Shown one piece after another: positions 41,511-55,009 of a stretch of DNA of 64,000 nt. The notes beneath the pieces were generated by a model. It did no database searches. It was given only the letters and a program-made list of their open reading frames with translations, and was not told the origin of the DNA. The translations under genes were made by a program, and so were the position numbers. Source of the stretch: Chrysomallon squamiferum (Eukaryota > Animalia > Mollusca); the NCBI GenBank assembly GCA_012295275.1, contig CM022670.1, positions 5,642,001-5,706,000 of the forward strand. Direction: 5' to 3'. Position 1 is the stretch's first letter. Each line of letters begins with the position of its first letter.

Positions 41511-42699
41511 ATACTGATCACACTGCAACTGATTTTATCTAAAACATACAGTGCTCCAACACAACAAGGAACATTTTGACACACATTTTACACTTTTAAA
41601 TCCAAAAGTAACTTTTTTATTCTTCATGATTTAATATATATGTGTGTGTGTGTGTGTGTAATGTGTGTGTGTGTCAGTGTGTCTAATGTGTGTCTGAGAT
41701 GACAGCTATGGTGGGAAGTATGATGACATATGTTCAGGAACACCAGCTGTGTAGAGTTTGAGAGAAATAAATGTGTGTAAACAGACTGTTGTCTCTCTGT
41801 GCCAGCAGGTCATTTGCACATATAACTGAATTAAGATCACTTTGTGGAAAACTCCATTGATTTTTCAGCTCACCTCTTCCCAGAACTGATTTGCCAGAAC
41901 ACCATTTGTAGATAGAAAACCTTGTAGAAACTGTTTAGAAAACCATTATGTTTTTTACAGATACCAGTCAGAAAAACATAAATATCACTAAAACAAAAAA
42001 CTTGTATTTTTGTTGATGAACAATTCTGGTATATGTAGATTAACCATAATAATGTTTGTAGATCAAATGCTTGATTTAAGTGATTATTACTGAGTTATCA
42101 TTTAATAAACATCAGATTGTACAACTTCATAAACACACAGTTTTAAAGTGACTGTTGTACACGTACACTGTTGTACACTCACTTTTGTACAGTCATACAC
42201 TACTGTACAGAACATGTTTATATAGATCTAAAATTATATATTGAAATTAGAATGTGTATCTACAATTATAATTAAATGGTATGTGTACAATGTGTAGTTA
42301 CCTAGTATTAGATATAACTAATTGGTCTGTTTGTTATAACAGCTTGTCTCTGACAGCTAGAGCTGTTACTGTCAATTTTTATACAGTCTTTCTGCTGTCA
42401 GTCATTAGCTGCAGTGATAGACACCAGACACTAAATGTCTGCTATTAAATTTGTTTTTCAGTTTTATATCAGAACTTGTCACACATTCAGTAGCTTTATT
42501 CAGAACATCTTTGTAGTGATTAGCACTGCATTAAAACAGATTAATACAAATATGAAGCATTTTCAGGTCTTTGCATTTTCTCTTCAGATGCTTTCACTGC
42601 ACAAATTTACAAATGTCACATTGCCTTTCAGAAAAATTCAGTTCCAAATTTCACCTCAGCCTGCCTTCATTAACCAAATTTGTTGTCTGTGAATACTGT

Positions 42700-43175
42700 T
42701 ACTCTGATGTTATTTTGTCAGTAATAATATTGTCTGCCTATTACTTCTGTAATATTGTCAGTAATAATACTGTTTGCCCTTTACTCCTGATTATATTCTA
42801 TGTTGTAATATTGTCAGTAATGATACTGTTTGCCCTTTACTCCTGATTATATTCTATGTTGTAATATTGTCAGTAATGATACTGTTTGCCCTTTACTCCT
42901 GATTATATTCTATATTGTAATATTGTCAGTAATGATACTGTTTGCCCTTTTCTCCTGATTATATTCTATGTTGTAATATTGTCAGTAATGATACTGTTTG
43001 CCCTTTACTCCTGATTATATTCTATGTTGTAATATTGTCAGTAATGATACTGTTTGCCCTTTACTCCTGATTATATTCTATGTTGTAATATTGTCAGTAA
43101 TGATACTGTTTGCCCTTTACTCCTGATTATATTCTATGTTGTAATATTGTCAGTAATAATACTGTCTGCCCATTC
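42700..43175. repeat. 56-bp tandem repeat
   Basis: Unit gtaatattgtcagtaatgatactgtttgccctttactcctgattatattctatgtt. Confidence 0.93.
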
Positions 43176-44182
43176 TCCTTAATAAATGATGTTATTTTGT
43201 CTGCCCCCTTCTTGTTAACTCAGAATTATGACTGAATCATTTTATTCATATTTGATTACTTGTGTGGGTTTTGAACTACCATACAAAACATGAGAAGTAA
43301 TTAGAGTAATTTACAAAACAGACGTTTGAGTAAATAAGCTATGAAATTGTATCAATACTAACGTAAAAGTAGAAACTGTTTTGTTATTTCTTTTATTCCC
43401 AGGGGAATTGAAACTAATTAGTTTTATGTTCATGAGTTTAGATGTGGTAAATAATCAATATGTTAATTAAAAAGAAAATAGAAACAGAAAAAAATTATAT
43501 TTCTTTTTAGAATTCACGGAGAAATAATGATGAGGTTTTGAATATATACAAAATGTAATAATAAAAACCAAGTTTACAAGAATGAATTATTCAAAGTATG
43601 ATATGTAAATACATAAATGCAGACACCACAAAAGCATATATGAGATATATTTTCTGTGTTCATTAGGAGATGTAAAAATGAAGCTTAATCATTTTCCAGT
43701 GACTGACATTATATATAAAACCTGAAAAGTGCAGTTTCTATAATTTGGATCCACTAAATCAATATAGCTCCACGATTCCTGACATTTCCCTAATTTTGAA
43801 GTCAGAGTCTGGTGCTAGAATTTTCATTTTATGCAGAGAGATGTGCCAACCACAGTGTTCAACACAGCCATACATTACTTGTTAGTTATCTTTTATCATA
43901 TCTGTGTATTTGTAGGGAAATGTCAAATTTACCTTCATCAGACAAATACTTTTGAAAACATGGCCTTTCAAAATCTGACATATTTGACAAAAACAGGCAT
44001 GGCATAAAACCATTTTAAGGGCTCATAACCAAATAACCTTTTAGCTGACCTTGACATTTACTTAGAATTGTAGCCCTTAATTATTAGTAACAATATATAA
44101 AAGTCTAGAGATATAATATTGTTTATTAATCACTAATTCACACACTAAACATTGGGAAATCATATATAATCTATCTAGGGGT

Positions 44183-44748
44183 AAATTACATATCAATAAT
44201 CTCTGTCAGTAGATTACATATCAATAAACTCTCTGTCAGTAGATTACATATCAATCAACTCCCTACCAACAGATTACATATCAATAAACTCTCTGTCAGT
44301 AGATTACATATCAATCAACTCCCTACCAACAGATTACATATCAATAAACTCTCTGTCAGTAGATTACATATCAATAAACTCCCTGTCAGTAGATTACATA
44401 TCAATAAACTCCCTATCAGTAGATTACATATCAGTAAACTAGCTCTGTCAGTAGATTACATATCAGTAAACTCTCTGTCAGTAGATTACATATCAATAAA
44501 CTCCCTATCAGCAGATTACATATCAATAAACTCCCTATCAGCAGATTACATATCAATAATCTCTGTCAGTAGATTACATATCAATAATCTCTGTCAGCAG
44601 ATTACATATCAATAAACTCCCTATAAGCAGATTACATATCAATAATCTCTGTCAGTAGATTACATATCAATAAACTACCTCTGTCAGTAGATTACATATC
44701 AATAAAATCCCTATCAGTAAATTACATATCAACAAACTCCCTATCATT
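44183..44748. repeat. ~30-bp minisatellite
   Basis: Unit agattacatatcaataaactctctgtcagt. Confidence 0.93.
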
Positions 44749-44889
44749 AATAATAAGTGTAATATGTACTCTACCAATGTCTTTAAACTGCCTTTCCTAA
44801 CATCTATCAGTCTTCTTTGTTAGTTTGTTATTCTTTTTCTTTTGAGGTAAGTGTTAAAATTTTAAAATAATAATAATAAAAAACAGTGC

Positions 44890-45555
44890 TAACAAAGCAA
44901 TGTTTAATTGATATCTTAGAAAAGCAATGTTTAATAGATGCATTAAAAACCCAGTTTACAACCTGTTAAAAAAGCAATGTTTAACAGGTGATTACATAAG
45001 CAGTGTTTAATACAAATGTGCTACAAAAGGAATACTTAATAAACATTTAAAAAAAGAAAAAAAGCATTAGTAGATATGTTTAAAAAATCCTCTGTTTAAT
45101 AGATATGTTAAAAAAGGTTGTTTAATAGATATTTTAAAAAGCAATATTTAACAGATATGATAAAAAAGCAGTGTTTAATACATATGTGCTACAAAAGGAA
45201 TATTTAATAAAAATTTAAAAAAAAAGAAAAAACATTAATAGATATGTTTTAAAAGTCAAGTGTTTAATAGATATGTTAAAAAAGAAAATGTTTAATAAAT
45301 ATTTTTAAAAAGCAGTGTCAAAAAAGCAATGTTTAATAGATATGTTTAAAAAAAGAAAAAATATGCAATGTTTAATATATATCTTTAAAAAGCAGTGTTT
45401 AATAGATATGTTTTTAAGAAAAAACAATGTTTAATAGATGTATTAGTGGAGCAGTGTATAAAAAAAACTTAAATAATGTTTAATAGAGAGGTAAAAAAAG
45501 AAAAGAAAAGAAAAGATTGATATTTAAAAAAAAATAGTGTTTAATACATATGTGC
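44890..45555. repeat. Degenerate A-rich ~30-bp repeat
   Basis: Units like aaaaagcaatgtttaatagatatgtt. Confidence 0.75.
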
Positions 45556-46124
45556 TTGTTTCCTTATAACTTTTACTAAAATAGCTGCCATTATTAAATC
45601 AATAATCTGGGAACTGAGGCTTTGTATAATAAAACTTGCTATAAATATGTAGACAATGCTATTTACAAAACAATAAAGTAGTTTGGATATGGCAGTTCAT
45701 TCAGCATGCTGGAAACATGATGGATTACTTTGATGTGTTTTATTCTCCATACTTAAAATACATTAATACATTTCAGTATGTAAAACCTGGTTTTGTTGAG
45801 TACACAGTACTTACAAGTCAGTATATTTTACATAAATCCTAAAATGTTTTAGTACTATACATATATACAAATACAAGTTAGTATATTTTACATAAATCCC
45901 AGATGTGTTGACATTCTCTGTACTTAAGAATACAAGTCATCAGTATCATGTCCTCTCCATTTTCAGTCTGATAAACTGCTCTCTCTTTTTTTCAATTTTT
46001 CTTTTAATGTAGACTATGTTCTCTGTCTTCTTTAGTTCCAGGATTAATTATCCCTAGAATTCAAACAAAACAGTTTAAATATATATATATATATATATAC
46101 ATACATGTGACATAATATCAGTGT

Positions 46125-46545
46125 AACTATATCTAGGTTAATACCTCTATTTAATTGTATCTGGAATTAATAACTATGGTTGATTGTACATGTACCTAGA
46201 TTAATGCCTATTTTTAATTATAACTGTTAATGCCTGCTTTTAATTATATCTAGGTTAATGCCTACTTTCAATTATGATTAGATTAATGCCTATTTTTAAT
46301 TATAATTAGATTATTGCCTATTTTTATTTATAACTAGATTATTGCCTATTTTTATTTATAACTAGATTATTGCCTACTTTTATTTATAACTAGATTAATG
46401 CCTATTAATAATTATAACTAGATTAATGCCTACTTTTTAATTATAACTAGATTGTTGCCTATTTTTAATTATAACTAGATTAATGCGTACTTTTAATTAT
46501 AACTAGATTAATTCCTACTTTTAATTATAACAAGATTGATGCCTA
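46125..46545. repeat. ~28-bp minisatellite
   Basis: Units like taattataactagattaatgcctactttt. Confidence 0.85.
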
Positions 46546-47984
46546 TGTTTGTCTGTTTTAACAAGAGAAGTGGTGGAAACATGCTCAGTAAGACTCTGTT
46601 TAACATTCACAGTCTACCCTGCTGATTTATTGTACCCACATGTCCACACTTATTTTTATTGACCATTCTGACCACACTGTCCAAGCTGATGGGTGTGAGT
46701 GACATACTGGGGTCAGGCCAGCAGTGACTAATCACGTGCAGTACAGGCAAATCAAATTGAAAACTCTGTTAGTGCCCTCCTGGGAAACTGCTTATGAAGT
46801 TTACCCTTATCACACAGTTTCCTAAATAACAACTCTGACTGTATACAGTATTAGTTATAACATTATCTAGCGTATAGGATACAGTATTAGTATTAGTTAT
46901 AACATATTCCAGTATATATGATACAGTATTAGTATTAGTTATAACATTATCCAGTATATATGATACAGTATACAGTATTAGTTATAACATTATATAGTAT
47001 ATATGATAATGTCATAACTAATCCTGTATACTGTATAACTTCATAAGACGTTTACCAGAAGGGCTCTAACAGATTTTTCAGATTTGATTTGCCTTGATAT
47101 CATTTCATATCATGTGTGTATAATGTAATGTGTTATCATACATGTTATCATACAATATTAATTTGTTACTACTAATATAGTCAGTGTTACAATAATACCA
47201 CTGCTATAATAAAAATCTTGACTAAAAGGTCATCAGCTGAAGAAAACAAAACTGATTTTATCTGATTTGTCTTATCAGCTGTAATTCCACAAAATATTGA
47301 AATGATTTTAAGTGGCATACACCAAGATAAACTATAAAAATATTGTTACTTATTGTAATGAGTTTCATTGCTGTTTACTAGACAAAATTCGTTATTGGCA
47401 GTACTAATGTAAACACATTAAATGTGGTTACTGTTACTATGCTGATTTTGGTACTAGCCAGTATTGTAAACAGAATGTTATGATAAGTCTGTAATAGTCA
47501 TATCCTAAACTGAATTTTGATTTAACTCACTGATTATGTTGCTATGGAGACACATCCTATGATATGTTTTGTGTGCTGGCACTGGTCTTGTGAAGCATGC
47601 AGGGTTCATGAAATGAAATTGCAATCTATTTCTGACATTTATTTTACAAATGATAATATCCGCTTTCCTTGTAAGCCACATTTTTCCAAGTAATCAACAG
47701 CCGCAGTAACTTAGCAACCTGATCAAAGTTCAATTGGATAACTTTTATATTCATTACTAGACAGTTATTTCCACAAAATGGTTTCCTGGCGGGAAATCTG
47801 GTGATATGACTTCTGTCTCAAATTACATGCACACATTTTGAGTTAATTTATTTTTTACTAGTGTTATTGGCCTGTCAGAGATAAATCCGCTAGTAAAACA
47901 AGTAGTAGTTAGCTAATAAACAATTTAATACATTAGTTACTTAACATAGCTACTTGTATATAACATTGTGTATTCTACACTGTA

Positions 47985-49350
47985 CTGTTGTAACCAGTTA
48001 TTGTACAGTTACTATATCATCATACCAGTATTTTCTTTGTAACCAGTCATTGTACAGTTAATATATCATCATACCAGTATTTGCTTTTTAACCAATCATG
48101 GTACAGTTCCTCATACCAGAATTTGTTTTGTAACTAGTTACTGTACAGTTAATATATCTTTACATCAGGATTTGTTTTATAACCATGTTTTGTACTGCTA
48201 GAATATCGCTACATGTTTTTGACTGCTTACTTGGATACAGACAAATATATGATTATATGCATTAGGCTGCTCACTTAGAGATACACAACTGTATTATTCT
48301 GAATATTAGAAAGTTCACAAATTTATTGATACTGGAGCCTAATTGGAAGGCTGTTCTCAATAAATTTTGCTTTGTGTCAGATTTTTATGTTGTTCTGTAA
48401 TGAGGCTGTTCAGGACTGATTCCACTTAAGTGTTTCATGCTGAATTACCACATGTTGTGAAATGAGCATGCAGTGTTTAGCACTCTGGCATCTTGGTGTC
48501 AATACAGCAGATAGCTTTCACTGTTCACCAGTCATCTGAGCTGCTGAGGTATTCTAGTGCTACAAGAAATGGTTACAAAACAACTGCTGATGTAGAGATA
48601 TATTAACTGTACAATAACTGGCTCCAAAAAACAAATACTGGTATGACGATATATTAACTGAATACTAACTGGTTGCAAAACAAATACTGGTATGATATAT
48701 ATTAACTTACAATAAGTAGTTACAAAACAAATTATGCTATGATGATATATTAACTGTGCAATAACTGGTTACAAAGCAAATACTGGTATGATGATATATC
48801 AACTGTATAATAACTGGTTACAAAGAAAATACTGGTATGATGATATATTAACTTTACAATAACTGGTTGCAAAACAGATACTGGTATTATGATATATCAA
48901 CTGTACAATAACTGGTTACAAAGAAAATAGTGGTATGATGAAATATTAACTGCACAATGACTGGTTACAAAACAAATACTGATGAAGAGATATATATTAA
49001 AACTGTACAATAACTGGTCATAAAACAAATACTGGTATGATGGTATATTAACTGTACAATAACTGGTTACAAAACAAAAACTGGTATGATGATATAATAA
49101 TTGGTTACAAAGCAAATACTGGTATAATGATATATTAACTGTACAATAACTTGTTACAAAGCAAATACTAGTATGATGATATATTAACTGTACAATAACT
49201 GGTTACAAAGAAAATACTGACATAATAATATGTTAATTGTACAATAACTGGTTACAAAATAAATACTGACATGATGATTTATTAACTGTACAATAACCGG
49301 TTACAAAACAAACACTAATGTGAATAACTGGTAACAAAAACAATACTGGT
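47985..49350. repeat. Two inverted arrays of a 49-bp repeat (47985-48205 and 48570-49350) around a unique spacer
   Basis: The left unit gtaaccagttattgtacagttaatatatcatcataccagtattt(g)cttt is the reverse complement of the right unit aaagcaaatactggtatgatgatatattaactgtacaataactggttac. Confidence 0.9.
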
Positions 49351-50404
49351 GTCATGATAACGTCAAGCAAATATTCTTTTTCCTGTTACTGTTTGATATT
49401 TTTCTACTTCTTATTTTTTATAACAAATACATTTCATCTGACCTACTGACCATTCCTATCACCTGACTTGACCTACCCTGAAACATTTTACTCCCTTCAT
49501 CAATACCGAAAACATTTAAGTCTCATCTATTGCATCTGTAACTCCTGAAATACACATTTAACTCTCCAGTCATTTGAGGTACAGAGAAGTGGGAATGGAA
49601 AACAGAAAGCTCTGTGAGTGTTCTATAGCTCTGTAATGTGTTTTAAGTGCTGGAGCAGTGTTTTATTAATGGAATAATTTTTTTTTTGTATCTGTATTAC
49701 AGCAGCAAATGAAGTGTTTCACCAACCCATGCAGCATAGCAACATGGTGTAATCTACTAAATTACCACATTTTTCTCACTTGACTGATCATTTGTACAAA
49801 TCTGCGTGATCACTTTTCTGTAGACTGTGATCAAGTGACAGTGCTTATTATTTTCTTGTACATTTTGTGTGAGAATTAAAGTGAAAGTGTTGGCAAAGAA
49901 CATTGGTATTTCAGTTTTAAATATTTAAGCATATATATTAGCTGTGCAAATAAAGTCTAATGAGAATTATTTAGCATGTATTGTAAAAGTGTTTGAGATA
50001 AATAACAGCTACATGACATTTATACAATCCTTGAATCTCCTTCTCATGTTTATATTTGTTTCTATCTGATATTTATATGTGTTATATCTGATATTTATAT
50101 GTGTTATATCTAATATTTCTGTATATCTGATATTTATATCTATTAAGTCTGATGCTTGTCTGTTATATCTGATGTTTTTGTCTGTTTTGATGTTTGTGTC
50201 TGTTTTTATTTATAACACTTATATATATATATATATATAAATCAGTGTTAATATATGATGTGTCACTGCCAGACATTTAACTTCAAGAAACACTTTTATT
50301 AAGTTAGTGATTTCCACAGATTAGTTATTAAACATTTCAAAATCTGATTAACATATTTGCATGACTTACACTTTACTAAAACACATCATTGAACAGAGAG
50401 AGAG

Positions 50405-51680
50405 GAATGTAGTGTTAGAGTGTTATAAAAAAGTATACGTTTAATGTGTTAATATGTTAGAAAGAACTGTATGTAGTATTAGTGTATTAAAAATAGTGTG
50501 AAGTGTTAGTGTGTTATAAAATAAAGTGCAGGTTTAATGTGTTAGTATGTTAGAAAGAACTGCTTGTAGTATTAGTGTATTATAAAAAAGTATAGGTTTA
50601 ATGTGTTAATATGTTAGAAGTGTATGTAGTATTACTGTATTAAAAAGTAGTGTGTAGTGTTAGTGTGTTATAAAAAAGAGTGCAGATTTAATGTGTTAGT
50701 ATGTTAAAAAGTAGTATGTAGTGTTAGTGTGTTACACATTAGAAAGCAAAATACAGTGCTAGGGAAATAAGTTTATATTTATACACTGAGTAATAATTTG
50801 TGTCACCGCTTGAATGTGTGGATAATCAATTGTGACAATTCATCAGTAACGCAGTCACATGCAGTTGATGTCTTCCACTCACCAGCTGCCTCCAAGTAAA
50901 GAATAATTTTGTTTGTTCTGAATGTACATAATCATTGTCATCACTGTCATCATCATCTTCTTCTTCATCATCATCTATATAGTGTTGTTTAATAAATTAT
51001 ATATATATATATAAACATAAATAATTAGTGTGTTAAATATATTTATTATTACATATTAATAATTAATGTGTTAAATACATTTACTATTATATACTAATTA
51101 TTGTGTTAAATATGTATTATTATTAGACACTAATTATTAATGTGTTAAATATATTTACTATTAAAACTAATAATATGTTAAATATATTTACTATTAAAAC
51201 TAATAATATGTTAAATATATTTATTAGTAAAATACTAATAATTAACATTAAAATATGTTTAATATTTAATACTAATAATTAATGTATTATATATAGTTAT
51301 TGCATCCAATTATTGTGTTAAAGAGTTCTTATTATTACACACTAATAATTAATGTGTTAAATATATTTATCATTATATACTAATAATTAATCTGTTACAT
51401 ATATCTGTTCTTGCATATTAATAATTAATGTATTAAATATATTTATTATTAAATGCTAATAATTAATGTGTTAAATATATTTATTATTATATAATAATAT
51501 TTAATGTGTTAATTATATTTATTATTAAATGCTATTAACTAATATTTATTATGAAATGATGATGTTTAATGTGTTAACATGTTTGTTACTATATACAAAT
51601 AGTTAATGTGTTAAATATATTTATTTATTAAATACCCACAGTCAATGTGTTAAATACATTTACTATTACGTGACTAATTA
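50405..51680. repeat. Degenerate AT-rich tandem repeats (50405-50740 and 51010-51680)
   Basis: Units like tagtgttagtgtgttataaaaa and taataattaatgtgttaaatatatttattatt. Confidence 0.75.
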
Positions 51681-53479
51681 TTCTGTGTGAAGTGACATGC
51701 TGTCAGACAGCTGTTAAGGTTTAGACAAGGTTTGTTAGACAATGTGTTCTGCATGATCACACATCGATTAATTTATACATGTTAAATGAATAAGAGAGTT
51801 TCTCCAGAAATTAGAGAGATTTATCAGCAGCAGTCTGACTTATTGATTGTAAGTAACAAGCCCTTTTTTTTCCTACTAGATGACAAATAGTGTGTGATAA
51901 CTGGCAGCTGTCTGGTTTCTACAGTGATTGTAAGTTTAAGTTTTCACTGAGCGGTAGACTCAGCAGGCCACGTTTGTAATGACCAGCTATCGTGGCCGGT
52001 AAAATGAGTTAGATGCTGTGATCACTAAAATGATTATGTGCTATGGACTGGAGGCTCCCCAGTGTATTGAATGTCACTGTCTGATACAGCCAATAACATC
52101 AGCCACAACGTTGCCATGACACACTGGCAGATTGCATGTTGACAAATGAAGTTTATGCTGTTCGTTTTGTGAACAAATACATGGTGTCACCTATTTAAAA
52201 CAATGTGTCGCTATAGGAAAATGACTGCTTCTGGAAAATTCTCATGTTTAAAAAAGACTAAATAATTTGACAGATGGTTGTACATTGATTATTTCCACTG
52301 AAATATTGTTCTTTACCATGAAGTAATATTTATAAAACACAACTCACTGGGGATATGCCAAGAATCAACTGTTGTCTGTGAAATCTGTGACAGGTAAGAA
52401 TTTTATTTTTGAAAATATAAAAACTACTTGAACTGTTAACAGTATATTCTGATATATCCAGTAAAATGTCTTTGATACTTATATCTGTACATCACTCTAG
52501 TATATATATGTCACTATTAGATATCTAATGTACTTTTAAATGTACACCTACATGTGACTGCTATATTTGCCGCAATATATGTCTACTAATTATACATTTA
52601 TGTTACTGTTGTATTTGTTACTATTTTTGATTCAGTGTAAAATGCATGTCATTATTGCATATGTTGCTATTTAAATCACATCATTACCAGATAGTTGTGA
52701 CTAATGTTACATTTATACATTTGTCACTATTGCAGTGTTTGTGTTTAAAAAGCTTCTTCAAGACCTCAGTCTCTGGAGAATTCAGTCAGAAGAAAACATT
52801 TAGAATTCATACAAAAAGAAATGTCATTATTTCACTCTTTCTTTTGATGAAATGTTGTTGAAAATGTAGTCTATAAATGCCAGAGATTCATGTGGGTTAG
52901 AGAAATTTCATCAAAGTGAATGTTTAAAAACATCCATCATTAGGGAAAGATTTTTTTTATTAATTTTCAGTAATTTGATAAAAAAAATTATTTTTGGACT
53001 AGTTTAAGTATATACTGATTAATGAAATGTGTAAAAATCTATTGTGTGTATAGAAGTTTACCTTTTGTGTAAATCCAAATTAATTTAGCCCACACAAGAA
53101 TAACACTTTTTAATTAAAAAGTGTGAACACAGATATGTTGTGAGTGGAAATTATAACTGAGTCAACATTTTCACTTGACATTTACATGCACCATTTTTTT
53201 CTTTTTCTTTTTTTCCTGTCTTTCTTCTTCTTGGCTGATATTTTCATTGTGTTCAGTGTTTGTTAATATCGTAATAATTATCAATTCATTGACTGCACTG
53301 AGCAAATCTGTCTATTTTTAAACACTTTTAAAAACAAAAAGAAAACTACAATTTCTAAAACATTCCATTATTTGAAATCATAATTAGTAAAATGTCAAAA
53401 AATAAAGTAAATAAATAAATAAAAAATAAAAAAGTAAAGATTTAGAGTTTCCAAAACCGTCCATTCTTTAAAATGTAAG

Positions 53480-53970
53480 AACAAAAGTTAATGAAAATTT
53501 TAACCGGATAATTATTAACACAAATAGTAAAGTAAATATAGAGAAAATTATTAATAAAAATTGTAAAGTAAATGTAGAGAGAATTATTAATAAAAATAGT
53601 AAATGTAGAGAAAATATTTAATAAAAATAATACAGTAAGTATAGAGAAAATTATTAACACAAATAGTAAATTAAGTATAGAGAAAATTATTAATAAAAAT
53701 AAATGATATAGTAAAGTAAGTATAGAGAAAATTATTAATAAAAATAGTATAGTAAATGTAAAGAAAATTATTAACATAAACAATATGAAAGTAGATTAAT
53801 AAAGTAAGTATAGAAATTATTATTAATAAAAAAGTAAATGTAGAAAAAATTATTAATAAAAACAGTAAAGAAAATGTGGAGAAAATTATTGACACAAACA
53901 GTGAAGTAAATGTGGAGGAAATTATGAATACAAGCAGTAAAGTAAATGTGAAGGAAATTATTGACAGACA
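53480..53970. repeat. Degenerate A-rich ~38-bp repeat
   Basis: Units like agtaaagtaaatgtagagaaaattattaataaaaat. Confidence 0.75.
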
Positions 53971-54848
53971 TGAAGATAAAAAGACAAGTGAGTTGAACAG
54001 ATAAAATCACTTAGTGTAAATCTCACCTCTGTGTGCTGCAGCACCTCACTCTTTGTACAGATACTCAACACAGTTTGCCTTCACTTTATTTATTCATTCA
54101 TTCATTCATTCATTGATTTTTTTATTTTTTGCTGTAGTTGTTTGTTTGTTTGTTTGTTTATTTGTTTATTTATTTATTTAAGTTAACCTGTATGGAAACT
54201 AACTGTACTACTGCTAATTACAAACAAAAGCAAGTTAACATGGTGATGTTTCTTTAAAATCTGGTATGATACTGTTACGCTACAGACTTCTGTGTTTCCC
54301 AGTGAAAAGAAAACAAATAATTTTAACTGATTTTCATCTTGTTTAAACAATGCTGTAACTTATTTATGATGTTAGCTGTAATTTACAAAGTGTAGTGACA
54401 TTTATCAATTCTAACTGTTTACTTATTTATTTTTTTCTTCTTTTTCTCAGCAGTCTTCTCTCTTTTTCTTTTTATCACCATCATCATCATCATCATTACT
54501 AATTTTTTTTTTTTTTTTATTGTTATTACCTATTTTTTCATTTAAATGTTATTAAGGTAGTGTGATGTTAATTGGCTGTGTAAGAGGACTGCCTCTATTG
54601 ATTGAGAGCAGTTTACTAACAATTGTACTTCTCTCCTACTGCTTTGGGCAAATAGTGCTTGCTTCCTCCACAATGGTTACATTGTCTCAGCTAAGCTATG
54701 GTTACACAAGGGAGTGTATAATGATTATGTTTTCTACAGCTGGTACTGGTTGCATGAGATATAATAGATGGTTGCATCAAATACTGATTAAATGAATAAT
54801 AATTTTACCTGCAGTTAACTGTATCTTAATATATTGTAATGAACAAAC

Positions 54849-54849
<1 letters not shown>

Positions 54850-54935
<86 letters not shown>
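54850..54935. repeat. (CT)n microsatellite
   Basis: Read directly from the sequence. Confidence 0.95.
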
Positions 54936-54937
<2 letters not shown>

Positions 54938-55009
54938 GGGACAAACTAATATAAATAAACAGATATTCAATGTCTAAGTATACAAACACATACCATATCT
55001 GGACTACAG

